From: Desulfatiglandales bacterium
Lineage (GTDB): Bacteria > Desulfobacterota > DSM-4660 > Desulfatiglandales > HGW-15
Assembly: GCA_963667015.2 (NCBI GenBank)
Contig: CAXXJJ010000004.1
Location: 2,144,001-2,208,000 of the forward strand
Length of the DNA: 64,000 nt
Direction: 5' to 3'
Made by a program: the position numbers and the translations under genes. Below the pieces are notes generated by a model. It ran no database searches and was not told the DNA's origin. It saw only the letters and a list, made by a program, of their open reading frames with translations. Positions 30,478 through 41,248 of the stretch are shown here, piece after piece (positions within the stretch are counted from its first letter, which is position 1; each line of letters starts with the position of its first letter).

Positions 30478-31884
30478 ATGAGCTCAGAAGAATTAAATAA
30501 TTACTGGAATACAGTAGTTGACCTCATCCAGGATGGAGTCATGATTGTTGATATGGAAGGCATTATCGTTTCGGTAAATAAAGCAATGGAAACCATATCT
30601 GGCTTTAAACAGAATGAGATGATTGGCAAACCATGTTCTATATTCAATTGCGATATGTGCGACATTGAAAGGGATAAGGAAAAAAAAGCATGGTGTGCCC
30701 TTTTCAGAGCCGGAAGTCTGAACAGGGTGAAATGCATACTGAAAAGAAAAAATGGGGCACCTGTTCATATATTAAAAAATGCCACCCTTATCAGGGACAG
30801 CGACAAAAGTATCATCGGGGCAGTGGAAACATTTACTAATGTATCGGAGCTAATTGAAAAAGATACACAGCTTGAAAGTATAAGGCAGGAACTCAGGGCT
30901 GAGGACCGTTTTTGCGGTATCATAGGTCAAACACCGGCCATGAAATACGTATTCGATCTCATAGGGAATGCTGCTCAGTCAGATGCACCTGTGATTATTT
31001 TTGGAGAAAGCGGTACTGGAAAAGAGCTTGCCGCAAAGGCAATACATGATCTTGGCCCACGTAAAACAAAGCCCTTTGTAAAAGTCAATTGTGCCGCGCT
31101 AACGGAAACACTTCTGGAGAGTGAACTTTTCGGCCATGTCAGAGGGGCCTTTACAGGCGCCCATAAGAGCAGGGAAGGTCGCTTTGAAGCGGCTAACGGG
31201 GGAGACATATTTCTTGATGAGATCGGGGATTTACCTCCATCTACCCAGGTAAAACTGCTTCGAGTACTTGAAGAAAAGGTAATAGAGCGGGTGGGTGATA
31301 ACAGGTCTTTCCCGGTAAATGTCCGCATAGTCACTGCTACCAATAAGAACTTAAAAGAACTTGTTGATAATGGTCTATTCAGACAGGATCTCTTTTTCAG
31401 AATCAATGTTGTACCAATTTTCCTGCCTCCGCTCAGAGAAAGGGCAAATGATATCCCCCTTCTTGCGGAATCCTTTTTTAAGAAAACCAGGGTAAAAAGC
31501 GGGAAAGAGATAATTGGAACCAGCAATGAGGCCATGGAAATTTTAATGAGATATGACTGGCCGGGTAATATAAGAGAACTTAAAAGCGCATTTGAATATG
31601 CCTTTGTAACCTGTCAGGAAAAATTAATACAGCCTTCTCATCTGCCGCTGAATATCTACCAGTGGCAAAACAAAAAAAGCATTCCAACAGGCTTACCTGT
31701 AGATCAGGACGGTATGAAAAAGAAGAGGCTTATTGAAGCCCTTACAGCAGCAGGAGGAAAGCGTTCGGAAGCTGCCCAGATACTGGGTGTATCACGGGTT
31801 ACAATATGGAAACAGATGAAAAAATATGATATTGACCTGAAAAAAATTATGGAAACTATGCCTGCTATAAAATCCACTTTTTAA
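30478..31884 (+). CDS. PAS-domain sigma54-dependent activator
   Basis: Cys-rich [25 protein letters not shown], Fis HTH; divergent from the hdr-like operon. Confidence 0.95.
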   Translation: MSSEELNNYWNTVVDLIQDGVMIVDMEGIIVSVNKAMETISGFKQNEMIGKPCSIFNCDMCDIERDKEKKAWCALFRAGSLNRVKCILKRKNGAPVHILKNATLIRDSDKSIIGAVETFTNVSELIEKDTQLESIRQELRAEDRFCGIIGQTPAMKYVFDLIGNAAQSDAPVIIFGESGTGKELAAKAIHDLGPRKTKPFVKVNCAALTETLLESELFGHVRGAFTGAHKSREGRFEAANGGDIFLDEIGDLPPSTQVKLLRVLEEKVIERVGDNRSFPVNVRIVTATNKNLKELVDNGLFRQDLFFRINVVPIFLPPLRERANDIPLLAESFFKKTRVKSGKEIIGTSNEAMEILMRYDWPGNIRELKSAFEYAFVTCQEKLIQPSHLPLNIYQWQNKKSIPTGLPVDQDGMKKKRLIEALTAAGGKRSEAAQILGVSRVTIWKQMKKYDIDLKKIMETMPAIKSTF

Positions 31885-31954
31885 AGCTTCAGATTTTGGA
31901 AATATTTTGAGACATGTGCCTTTACATAAAATTACAATTTTAAGGGAGCATAAA

Positions 31955-32476
31955 ATGAGAAATTTATCATGGCGTTTTAAATACGCGATCTATTGTGCAT
32001 TTTTATTTCCTGTAATTGCCCATGTTAATTTTATATGTACCGGTTTTCTGAAAGGCCTTAATCGTATCTTTATCCCGATTATTCTAGGTGGTACGGCTGG
32101 CTTTTTAATCGGCCTGATGAAGGATAGGTGGATGAGGATAAATACGAACCTGGAACAACTGGTTAAGGAAAAAACAAATGACCTGAACGAGAAAATTCAG
32201 GAGTTGGAAACTGCTAACAGCACGATATTGGAAATATCAAGAAAAGACCCCCTTACAAATCTTGCAAACAGGCGTTTCTTTTATGAGAGGGCGGAAGAAT
32301 TATATTCACTGTCCAGACGTCATTCAAAGGATCTGTCCCTGATCATGTCTGATATTGATAACTTTAAAAGTGTCAACGATAATTACGGACATGACATGGG
32401 CGATACAGTTTTAAAAAAATTTGCAGACACAATGAAGGAATGCAGCCGTTCTGAGGACCTGGCAGCCCACAAATGA
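31955..32476 (+). pseudogene. Truncated membrane diguanylate cyclase
   Basis: DPLTNLANRR, DIDNFKSVNDNYGHDMGD, then ends at RSEDLAA just before the expected R.GG(D/E)EF. Confidence 0.8.
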
Positions 32477-32898
32477 TTAAGATAGAGTTTCGAAACTTTC
32501 TGTCTATAGACACCCTCATGTTTTTTCCAATGTGCTTTATGCGTTACAACAATGATATAATCGCCAGGCTTGAAAAAACCGCTTTTCTTATTTATTGGGA
32601 TTGTGTATGTCTCTCTTCTTTCACCTCGAACCGTATAATAATCAGGGATAGCAATGGTATTCAAATTTTTTTCTTCTTTTTTGTAAATAATAAAAATTGA
32701 ATCCAATCCTTTAAGGATTTCTGAATCTTCAATTCCTAAGCGTATTCCCATAATATCAGAACCGGTAGAGGGATGAAAGTGAATAACTTTAACGGTCTTC
32801 TGACCATCCTTATTTAAATACGGAATAAGAATCGTTGTGTGTGCCATTGCAGTTACAGGAAACAAGAACAGCATTATCATGGTTACAAAATATTTCAT
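32468..32898 (-). pseudogene. Truncated DUF4198-like periplasmic protein
   Basis: Signal peptide ending AMAH, FHP, KPGDY, WKKHEG motifs; the reading frame runs into antisense GGDEF sequence. Confidence 0.55.
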
Positions 32899-32956
32899 TG
32901 TATTCGTCTATAAATTTAACAAGTTACATTGGTGACAGATCGCAGTTCTCCCTGTT

Positions 32957-34330
32957 TTATACTTCCCTAAGTTTTAGAGATATCTTTTCCGCTGCTGCAA
33001 CAAACAGGTTATTGGCCGGGAAAAATGACTGGTACGGCTGGGCGGAATAACTGAAATTAACTAACTGATCCACAGTGATTTTATTTTGAATCGCCATTGT
33101 GATTAAGTCAACTTTATCAGTCACAGGCTCTCCACTTACCACCTGACCTCCAAGAAGTTCACCGTTTTTACGGTTTGCAATCAGTTTTATTTTGACCGGT
33201 TTTGAAGAAGGCATTATAGGGAATGCTGTAGTTAAATCTGCATAACCGGTGACTGTATCAAACATGTCGTTTGCAATGCGCTCGGTTAATCCGCTGCTGC
33301 CAACAAACTGACTACCGATTTTTGTGGCTGCACCATTGTAAAATCCTTCATACTGCCGGCTGGCTCCTAAAAGATTTTTGGCCAGCAATCGGGCCATTGG
33401 TACTGCATTAGTGGCTAGCTTCCCTGGCCAGACCTTACCTGTGATGGCGCTTGTAAATTCAACACAATCGCCTACAGCATACACTCCCGGGATATTCGTC
33501 TCCATTTTATCATTTACAATAATACCGGTTTTTCCGATTTCCAATGATGAATCCTTAAACAAATCGATATCAGGCCGAGTCCCGACAGCAAATATTACCA
33601 GCATCGGAAGTTTTGTTTCATCGCCATTTCCCGAATATTCATCAGGCGACCCTAAACTAAGTGTTTGATTATTATCCAGATGCACCTCCTCAACCACCTT
33701 ATTTCCGGACAGCTTAATAACACTATGCTGCAAATGAAGAAGTATCCCTGCACTCAGCAATTCCTTTTCCACATCTTCAAGCATTTCCGCATCAAGCATA
33801 TTGGGCACAATATGGGGTTCCATATCCACCAGATGGGTTTTCAGCCCTTTCTGATTCAGTGCCTGGGCCAGTTCGATACCAATTGCACCGGCCCCGACAA
33901 CCACCACTTTTTTTGTCCCGTTTTCTACATGCTTCAGGATTATTCGTAAATCCTGCTCAGTTTTAAAGGTCATGACTCCCTGCAGTGAGGAACCTTCGAT
34001 TGGAGGCATGATTGGAGTGCCGCCCGTTGCAATCACCAGGATTTCATATGCAAGGATCTGCGCCTGTTCGGTAGTAACGATTTTGTTCGCAAAATCCACT
34101 GTAATGGCCCGATCCCGAATGAGTTCAGCCCCTGTATCGGTAACAAGGTTATCCGATTTCAGGGTTTTATCTACACTCATCAATCCTTCAATTGCATAGG
34201 GCATTGCACAGTAAATCATGGAATGATCTTCTGGACGAAGGATTCCCATTTTTCGCGTACTGGCTAAATTTTTAGCAAGCGTGATTCCTGCAGGACCTCC
34301 GCCGATCACTAATATATCAAACTTTTTCAT
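32957..34330 (-). CDS. FAD-dependent NADH oxidase/CoA-(per)sulfide reductase family protein
   Basis: GGGPAG, single redox Cys in YCAMPY, ATG, GAGAIG.E, VYAVGD, C-terminal dimerisation domain. Confidence 0.9.
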   Translation of the reverse strand: MKKFDILVIGGGPAGITLAKNLASTRKMGILRPEDHSMIYCAMPYAIEGLMSVDKTLKSDNLVTDTGAELIRDRAITVDFANKIVTTEQAQILAYEILVIATGGTPIMPPIEGSSLQGVMTFKTEQDLRIILKHVENGTKKVVVVGAGAIGIELAQALNQKGLKTHLVDMEPHIVPNMLDAEMLEDVEKELLSAGILLHLQHSVIKLSGNKVVEEVHLDNNQTLSLGSPDEYSGNGDETKLPMLVIFAVGTRPDIDLFKDSSLEIGKTGIIVNDKMETNIPGVYAVGDCVEFTSAITGKVWPGKLATNAVPMARLLAKNLLGASRQYEGFYNGAATKIGSQFVGSSGLTERIANDMFDTVTGYADLTTAFPIMPSSKPVKIKLIANRKNGELLGGQVVSGEPVTDKVDLITMAIQNKITVDQLVNFSYSAQPYQSFFPANNLFVAAAEKISLKLREV

Positions 34331-34389
34331 ATTGTATTACCTCTGTTATTGGGGAAGCTATCTTTGACAATTTTATTACTCCTGGCAGC

Positions 34390-34433
34390 GTTAAGACGGA
34401 TCAGCTTTTTTACAAATACTGATCCGCCTTAAC
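34390..34433 (-). other. 15-bp stem-loop between small ORF and oxidoreductase
   Basis: GTTAAGGCGGATCAG...CTGATCCGTCTTAAC on the minus strand; no U-tract. Confidence 0.55.
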
Positions 34434-34465
34434 ACAAAAGGGTTCCCCTCCCCCGCTCATTCGCA

Positions 34466-34645
34466 CTAACGTCCACCATCCGGGAAGGCCATCTCATCAC
34501 ATCGCCGGCAACCCTGTTCTCTGAAATCTTTTTCGGGGTCAATACCTGTATCACAAAGCCAGCCGTATCCTTCTTTGTCCTGAAAATATTTCAACGGACG
34601 TGCAGGTTTGTGATCATATGTTGTTTCTTTTTTTTCTTTAGACAT
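34466..34645 (-). CDS. Unannotated 59-aa Cys-containing protein, copy 1
   Basis: AAGGAGA RBS; MSKEKKETTYDHKPARPLKYFQDKEGYGWLCDTGIDPEKDFREQGCRRCDEMAFPDGGR; paralog at 36646-36825. Confidence 0.85.
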   Translation of the reverse strand: MSKEKKETTYDHKPARPLKYFQDKEGYGWLCDTGIDPEKDFREQGCRRCDEMAFPDGGR

Positions 34646-34707
34646 GTTATTCTCCTTTTCTTCATAAGGTTAAAAGTGAATGGAATATTATGCTGTTTAT
34701 ATAAATG

Positions 34708-34723
34708 AGCATAATCCATGCCA
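34708..34723 (-). promoter_or_regulatory. sigma54 promoter
   Basis: TGGCATGGATTATGCT = GG-N10-GC. Confidence 0.8.
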
Positions 34724-34820
34724 GAGAAAGTCAGAGTATTTCATTAGCTGATTACTTTTGATATATCAATGTGATATGGGCTCTTATGGTAACTGAGGAA
34801 AAAAAGAAATAATAAATAAA

Positions 34821-34870
34821 GGGCGCAAAACTGCTACCTGAAAAAGGGCGGAGGTTGCAATCCTGCTATC
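34821..34870. promoter_or_regulatory. Paired activator sites GCA-N4-TGC
   Basis: GGGCGCAAAACTGCTACC and GGTTGCAATCCTGCTATC, 32 bp apart, between divergent sigma54 promoters. Confidence 0.65.
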
Positions 34871-34957
34871 CTGATATTTCCGGTTGATTTGCATATACTT
34901 GATTTAAGCCATTGATAATACGATATTTCCCGCTATTTAACTGTTTGATTGCACTTA

Positions 34958-34973
34958 TGGCGTATATCTTGCT
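34958..34973 (+). promoter_or_regulatory. sigma54 promoter
   Basis: TGGCGTATATCTTGCT = GG-N10-GC. Confidence 0.75.
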
Positions 34974-35061
34974 ATTTTTTTTAATGAAGAGATAAGGTTA
35001 GTGAAATTAATTCTGTTTTACATATGATCAGATATAATAATTGAATCAAAAGGAGCAAGAA

Positions 35062-35592
35062 ATGGCTTACATCAGACTTCCGGATTTTAATGAGATGGAT
35101 CCGGCTATTCAAAGAGAATTAAGGCCCATATTTGAAAAAACCGGCAATATCGGCGAAATCATGAAAATTATAGCTATTAAGAAAAACATCTTTTTTGCTA
35201 CTGACAAAATGGCAAAAAGCTATCTGCTGGATAAAACGGAACTCTCATTTAAAATCAAAGAACGAATCGCGCTGCTTGTTTCGCTTGAAAACGGCTGTAA
35301 GATGTGTGTTGGCATCCATAAGCAGATTGCCAGAATGCTTGGGATGAGCGAAGAGGAGGTTGAACAGGCAGCGAAAGGTATAGAGTTCATTGAAGTAGAA
35401 GAAAATGAAAAAAAATTACTTGAATTCAGTTTAAAAGCATCCAGAAAAGACAATTATAAAACCACTCAAAAAGATATTGACGACCTTAAAAAATCGGGTT
35501 TTACAGAAAGCCAGATACTGGAGGCAGTAGCCCTTGTAGGCTATTTTAATTACATAAATACCATTTCCAATGTATTTGGCCTGGAAAGCTGA
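35062..35592 (+). CDS. AhpD/carboxymuconolactone decarboxylase-family peroxidase-related protein
   Basis: KERIALLVS.ENGCKMCVGIH (CxxC), GYFNYIN; AGGAG RBS before ATG 35062. Confidence 0.88.
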   Translation: MAYIRLPDFNEMDPAIQRELRPIFEKTGNIGEIMKIIAIKKNIFFATDKMAKSYLLDKTELSFKIKERIALLVSLENGCKMCVGIHKQIARMLGMSEEEVEQAAKGIEFIEVEENEKKLLEFSLKASRKDNYKTTQKDIDDLKKSGFTESQILEAVALVGYFNYINTISNVFGLES

Positions 35593-35677
35593 ACTTATTG
35601 CCCTGCTCTATAAAGTGGGGCGCCTCACGTTAACCCGCAATAACTGTGATCACTTCGTGATAATATCCTTATTTTAC

Positions 35678-36628
35678 TTAATGCTTCATCTTTTCCAGGT
35701 AATTTTCTGCATGAAGTGCCGCTGCGGCTCCTTCTCCGACAGCAGTAGAGATCTGACGAAAGCCTTCACTGGTCACATCACCGGCAGCAAATACACCCGG
35801 GATACTGGTTTCCTGTCTTCGGTTCACCTTGATAAAGCCCTGCTCATCCAGTTCAATTTCACTGTTTAGAAATTCCGTCGCCGGCCGTGTGCCAACAAAG
35901 ATAAAAACACCATCAACGCCAAGCGAGCTTGTTTCTCCGGATTTAACATTTTTTACCAGGAGCGCCTTTACTCCTTTTTCGCCTTCAATTTTAATGGGTA
36001 GTGTATCCCACACAAATCGTATCTGTTCGTTAGCAAATGCACGATCCTGAAGAATCTTTGTAGCCCGCAGTTCATCTCGCCTGTGCACAATATGCACCTG
36101 CTTTGCAAAACGTGTAAGAAAAAGCGCTTCTTCTACAGCGGTGTCACCACCACCGATTACGGCAACAGAAGCATCACGAAAAAATGGGCCATCACATGTG
36201 CCACAGTAGGAGACACCCTTTCCCTGAAATTGACTTTCACCCTCTATCTCCAGTTTTCGGGGCTGTGCGCCCGGAGCCAGAATTACACAACGGGTTTTTA
36301 ATAAACCCGAATCAAGCACCAGAGATTTCTCCTGTCCGTGGAGATCTACTCCCTGCACCTCATGATTCATAATCCTCAGCCCAAATTTCTCCGCCTGTGT
36401 CTTCATACTATCCATAAGCTCAAAACCGCTGATCCCATCAGGGAAACCAGGGTAATTCTCAACACTGTCTGTATTTAAAACCTGCCCTCCCGGACCAAAT
36501 TTTTCGACCAAAACCACGTCCAGCTTGTCGCGGGCAGCATACAGTCCGGCGGTCAACCCCGCAGGACCACCCCCTACTATAACAAGGTCATATGTATGGC
36601 CCCTCATTGCATCCTTTTTAAATAACAT
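35678..36628 (-). CDS. trxB: Thioredoxin-disulfide reductase
   Basis: GGGPAGLTA, VENYPGF, CGTCDG, GGGDTAVEEA, HRRDELRA, FAAGD. Confidence 0.95.
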   Translation of the reverse strand: MLFKKDAMRGHTYDLVIVGGGPAGLTAGLYAARDKLDVVLVEKFGPGGQVLNTDSVENYPGFPDGISGFELMDSMKTQAEKFGLRIMNHEVQGVDLHGQEKSLVLDSGLLKTRCVILAPGAQPRKLEIEGESQFQGKGVSYCGTCDGPFFRDASVAVIGGGDTAVEEALFLTRFAKQVHIVHRRDELRATKILQDRAFANEQIRFVWDTLPIKIEGEKGVKALLVKNVKSGETSSLGVDGVFIFVGTRPATEFLNSEIELDEQGFIKVNRRQETSIPGVFAAGDVTSEGFRQISTAVGEGAAAALHAENYLEKMKH

Positions 36629-36645
36629 TGTCTATCTCTCCTGCG

Positions 36646-36825
36646 CTAACGTCCACCGTCAGGGAAAGCCATCTCATCACACCGCCAGCAACCCTGCTCT
36701 CTGAAATCTTTACCTGGGTCAATGTCTATATCACAAAGCCAGCCGTATCCTTCCTTGTCCTGAAAGTATTTCAACGGACGCGCGGGTTTGTGCTCATAGT
36801 ACGTATCCTTCTCTTCTTTGGCCAT
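36646..36825 (-). CDS. Unannotated 59-aa Cys-containing protein, copy 2
   Basis: AAGGAGA RBS; MAKEEKDTYYEHKPARPLKYFQDKEGYGWLCDIDIDPGKDFREQGCWRCDEMAFPDGGR. Confidence 0.85.
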   Translation of the reverse strand: MAKEEKDTYYEHKPARPLKYFQDKEGYGWLCDIDIDPGKDFREQGCWRCDEMAFPDGGR

Positions 36826-36887
36826 GTTATTCTCCTTTTCTTCATAAGATTAACAGTGAATGGAATATTTTGTTGTTTATCTAAATG

Positions 36888-36903
36888 AGCATTATCCATG
36901 CCA
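36888..36903 (-). promoter_or_regulatory. sigma54 promoter
   Basis: TGGCATGGATAATGCT = GG-N10-GC; duplicate of 34708-34723. Confidence 0.8.
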
Positions 36904-37001
36904 GGGGAAAACAGAAGCACATCCTAACTGAATTACCTTTATTATTTCAGTATGATACAAGATGTAATGGTTAACAAATCAGAAATAGAGTATCAAATAA
37001 A

Positions 37002-37052
37002 AGGTGCAGAATTGATACCTGTTATCAGGCCCATGGCTGCAATTATGCTACT
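37002..37052. promoter_or_regulatory. Paired activator sites GCA-N4-TG(C/A)
   Basis: GGTGCAGAATTGATACC and GGCTGCAATTATGCTACT, 33 bp apart, about 100 bp from the promoter. Confidence 0.6.
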
Positions 37053-37059
37053 CTGTTTT

Positions 37060-39840
37060 TTAGGTGATTTTTGAAAGCTTTACAGCACACACCTTATATT
37101 CCGGTATCTGGGATATCGGATCCAGGGCTGAACTTGTTAATACATTGGCAGCCCCCGCGGCATAGTGGAAAGGTATAAATATTGTTCCTGTTACAGCAAG
37201 ATCAGATATCTTTGCTTCTGCCTCGATCTCGCCACGTCTTGAGGCTATCTTCAGCATGTCACCATTTGAAATATTATATGAACCGGCATCTTCCTCTGAT
37301 ATCTCAACAAAACTCCCTGGAGCCAGTTCATTAAGGCCTTTTGATTTCATGGTCATGGTACCTGTATGATACTGGTAACGTACACGCCCGGTTGTCAGAT
37401 ACATGGGGTACTCATTATCAATAATTTCTGCAGGCGGTCGATAATCAATCGCATGAAACAATCCCAGGCCGCGTGAAAATTTTTCAACATGAAGACATGG
37501 CGTTCCGGGATGATCAGTTGACGGACAGGGCCAGTGGATGCCGTCTTCTTCAATTCGATCATAATTGATCCCACGGTAGGAAGGCGTAACCTCGGCAATC
37601 TCTTTCATTATTTCCTCAGCATTATTATATTCCATTGGATAACCCATCCTGCAGGAAATTTCGCAAATAATCTTCCAATCCTCTTTTGCTTCACCAGGAG
37701 AATCAATAGCCCTGCGCACCCTCTGGACCTTGCGCTCAGTATTTACAAATGTACCATCCTTTTCAGCAAATGAGGCAGCAGGCAGCACCACATCAGCCAT
37801 CTCTGCCGTTTCAGTCATAAAAATGTCCTGAACCACCAGAAAATCAAGATTTTCTATAGCCTTTTTCGCATGATTCAGATTAGGATCGGAAATCATCGGA
37901 TTTTCACCGATAATATACAGGGACTTAAGCTTGCCTTCATAGGCCTTTTCCATCATCCCGGTAGCGGTCAGCCCTACACCCATTGAAAGGCCTGTAATCC
38001 TCCAGGCATCTTCCATACGTTCCTTTACAGCCTTATCTGTAACCAGCTGGTAGGCCGTGTATACATTTGAAAGCCCGCCCATGTCGCAGGCGCCCTGCAC
38101 ATTGTTCTGCCCTCTCAAAGGATTGACACCGCCGCCTTCAATACCCATATTCCCGCAAAGCATTGCCAGGTTGGCCAGTGATTTCACGTTATCTGTCCCT
38201 GTAGTGTGCTGGGTTATCCCCATTGCGTATAGTATCGATGCAGCCGGGGCACTGGCGTATAACCTGGCAGCCTCTATTAACTGTTCCTCTGGTATTCCGC
38301 ATATCTCTTCAACGTATTCCGGGGTATATTTTTCAACAGTCGCCTTCAACTTTTCAAATCCTTCAGTTCTCGAAGCAACATATTCCATGGCATAGAGGTC
38401 TTCCTTAATAATAATATGCATCATCCCGTTGATCCATGCCACATCGGTCCCAATATTCTGCCTGATCCAGATATCAGCATGGGAAGCAATCTGAATTTTT
38501 CGGGGATCAACAACAATTAGTTTGGTGCCATTGAATTTAACCGCCCTTTTTACATAGGTAGAAAGTACCGGATGGTTTTCAGTGGTATTAGAACCTGTTA
38601 TAAGTATAACGTTTGCCTTTTCAATATCCGCTATTGGATTTGTCATTGCACCACTTCCAAATGCTGCGGCCAGCCCGGCCACTGTGGAGCTGTGTCAGAG
38701 ACGGGCGCAGTGGTCGATACTGTTGGTCCCCATTACTACCCTTGTAAATTTCTGGGCCAGGTAGTTTTCTTCATTAGTAATACGCGCACTGCAAAGAGTG
38801 GCCATTGAGTATGGGCCTGATTCTTTTTTAATAGTGGACATTCTTTCAGCTACAAGATCAAGGGCTTCATCCCATGTTGCCTCCCTGAATTTACCATTTT
38901 CCTTGATTAAAGGAGTTTTCAGGCGACCGGGATCATTTATAAAATCATAGCCGAACCTTCCCTTGACACAGAGTCTTCCAAAATTCGGTTTTACATCCTT
39001 AACACCTGTTACTCTTATGACCCTGTTATCCTTGACATGGAGATACAACTGGCATCCAACACCACAGTATGAGCATGTTGTACGAACTTTTTTTACGTCA
39101 TGGTCAAGACCATTTGATAAAAATTCATTCTTTGTTATAAGTGCGCCGACTGGACAGGCCTGAACACACTCTCCGCAGAATACGCAATCCGAATCCTTAA
39201 GAGGCCTGTCACCCTTTTCTCCCCTTGTGACTATCTTCTGTTCGGATTCACTGCCACCTATTTCAATGGCATTATTTACCTGAATATCATTACATGCCTG
39301 AACACACCTTCCACACAGGATGCAGCGGGAAAGGTCCCTTACAATGAAGGGATTAACATTTTCAACAGGCAGTTTTGATTTATCATCCGGATATGCTTTA
39401 CCCTTCACCCGATACCTTATGGCCAGATCCTGGAGCTCACAGTCTCCGTAGGCAGGACACAGGGTTTTATGCTCTTCCGGCCCCATGGTCTGAAGCTGAA
39501 AATCGGTCCAGAAATCCGTATCAAGTGCCTGAACAAGGCAGTTATGGCTTCCCGAAGAAACCAGAAGCTCTATATTTTTACGCCTTTCTGCCACAACCTT
39601 TGGTGACTCTGTTTTGATAACCATATGAGGTGCGGCAGGCTCTGAGCATGATGTTACAAGAGAATCAGAACCTTCAACCTCTACAACACATACCCTGCAT
39701 CTACCTGTGGGTGAAGCACCTTTTAGATAACACAGCGTCGGGATATCTATTCCGTTCCTGCGGGCTACCTGTAGAATTGTTTCGCCATTTTCAAAGGCGA
39801 GTTCTCTGTCATTAATTGTTATTACGTTTTCAGAACTCAT
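37060..39840 (-). CDS. fdhF: Selenocysteine-containing cytoplasmic formate dehydrogenase alpha subunit (926 aa, Sec at TGA 38697-38695)
   Basis: N-terminal Fe-S domains, TCSYCGVGC, DHCARL-(TGA)-HSSTVAGL, LRGQNNVQGACDMG; two in-frame ORFs; SECIS-like GTGGCCG-GGC-TGGCCGC at 38682-38666. Confidence 0.95.
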
Positions 39841-39876
39841 CTAAAATCTCCAGCACAATATAGTTTTTTTGCAATA

Positions 39877-41244
39877 TTAAATTTGACGGTCAGGCGGTCT
39901 GATATCTAATTTTTTTATTTTGCGGAACAGCGTTGTCTTGTGCATTTTCAATTCCTTTGCAGCAGCAAGTCTGTTCCACTCATTCTTTATTAAAATTGAA
40001 GTGATAAATTGTTTTTCCACTTCAGCCAGGCTGGATGCTGTCTCCATTTTTTTTGTTCGAGGTCTAAGTGATTCGGGTAGATGCTCCAATCGGATCAAAT
40101 TACCAGGACACAGGACACAGCTATGTTCAATGATGTTCTCCAACTCCCGCACATTTCCCGGGTAATTATAGCCCAATAAGATATCTAATGCCTCAGGTGT
40201 GATACCGCTGATATCTTTGTTTTGAAGAGATGAAAAACGAGCAATAAAATGATTTGTCAACAATGGCACATCTTCCATTCTCTGGCGAAGCGGCGGGATT
40301 TCCAGCTTGATCACATTTATTCGGTAGTAAAGGTCCTGGCGGAATGTTTCCGCTGCTACCATTTTTTCAAGGTCACGGTGTGTGGCCGCAACTATTCGAA
40401 CATCAGTCTTAACAGAATTAACACCCCCCAGGGGTTCGTAGTTTTTCTCCTGAAGTACACGGAGAAGCTTCACCTGCAATAAAAGAGGGAGATCCCCAAC
40501 CTCGTCAAGGAACAGTGTCCCTCCTTCGGCAATGGCGAAACGACCCGGTTTGGATTTGTTGGCTCCTGTAAAGGCTCCTGCTTCGTAACCGAAAAGTTCC
40601 GACTCAATAAGTGTTTCCGGAAAACTGCCGCAGTTGATAGCAACAAATCTCTTTTTACTGCGGCCACTCAGGTTATGAATGGCCCTCGCAAAAAGCTCTT
40701 TGCCTGTTCCGCTTTCTCCTGTTATTAACACGCTGCTTTCATTCAAGGCTATGGTAGGAAGGATGTCCAGGATTTGTCTTGTCTTTTTGTTTTTGGTGAT
40801 AATATCTTCAAAGGTATATGTTTTCTCTATTTCTTTACGAAGTACTTCGACCTGCCTTAGATCACGAAACGTCTCTACGCCGCCGATTAATTTACCTTCT
40901 GTATTTCTGAAAAGTGCAGTAGAAACGCTAACCGGTATCTGCTCTCCCGCCTTATTAGTAAGGTATACTATAAGGTTAATTACCGGCTTCTTGGTATCTA
41001 TTGTATACTGTATAGCACAGGCATCTTTACAAATATTGGATCTAAGCACTTCGTAGCAGCGGCGTCCCAGCACCTCTGAGCGAGACATACCTGTTATTTC
41101 CTCCGCAGCACGGTTGAAACAGGTAATTCGCCACTCACGGTCCACAGTGAAAACGCCTTCACCAATGCTATGAATTACCGTTTCAAAACGTTCTAACGAT
41201 GGTTCATTTAAAAGAACCTTTGAACTAAAAGGGCTTTTTTCCAT
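39877..41244 (-). CDS. PAS-domain sigma54-dependent activator, OrpR-like
   Basis: PAS with C-x8-C-x3-[26 protein letters not shown]. Confidence 0.93.
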   Translation of the reverse strand: MEKSPFSSKVLLNEPSLERFETVIHSIGEGVFTVDREWRITCFNRAAEEITGMSRSEVLGRRCYEVLRSNICKDACAIQYTIDTKKPVINLIVYLTNKAGEQIPVSVSTALFRNTEGKLIGGVETFRDLRQVEVLRKEIEKTYTFEDIITKNKKTRQILDILPTIALNESSVLITGESGTGKELFARAIHNLSGRSKKRFVAINCGSFPETLIESELFGYEAGAFTGANKSKPGRFAIAEGGTLFLDEVGDLPLLLQVKLLRVLQEKNYEPLGGVNSVKTDVRIVAATHRDLEKMVAAETFRQDLYYRINVIKLEIPPLRQRMEDVPLLTNHFIARFSSLQNKDISGITPEALDILLGYNYPGNVRELENIIEHSCVLCPGNLIRLEHLPESLRPRTKKMETASSLAEVEKQFITSILIKNEWNRLAAAKELKMHKTTLFRKIKKLDIRPPDRQI

Positions 41245-41248
41245 ATTT

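Noticed and set aside
34466..34468. TAG readthrough (pyrrolysine) in the 59-aa proteins or the truncated ferredoxin at 50779
   Set aside because: Paralogs diverge a few bases after the TAG, the downstream ferredoxin sequence lacks the missing Cys motif, and no pyl genes are visible
35590..35625. Hairpin after the TGA of the AhpD-like gene as a SECIS
   Set aside because: Loop CTATAA lacks the G and spacing seen in the other SECIS candidates; the protein appears complete
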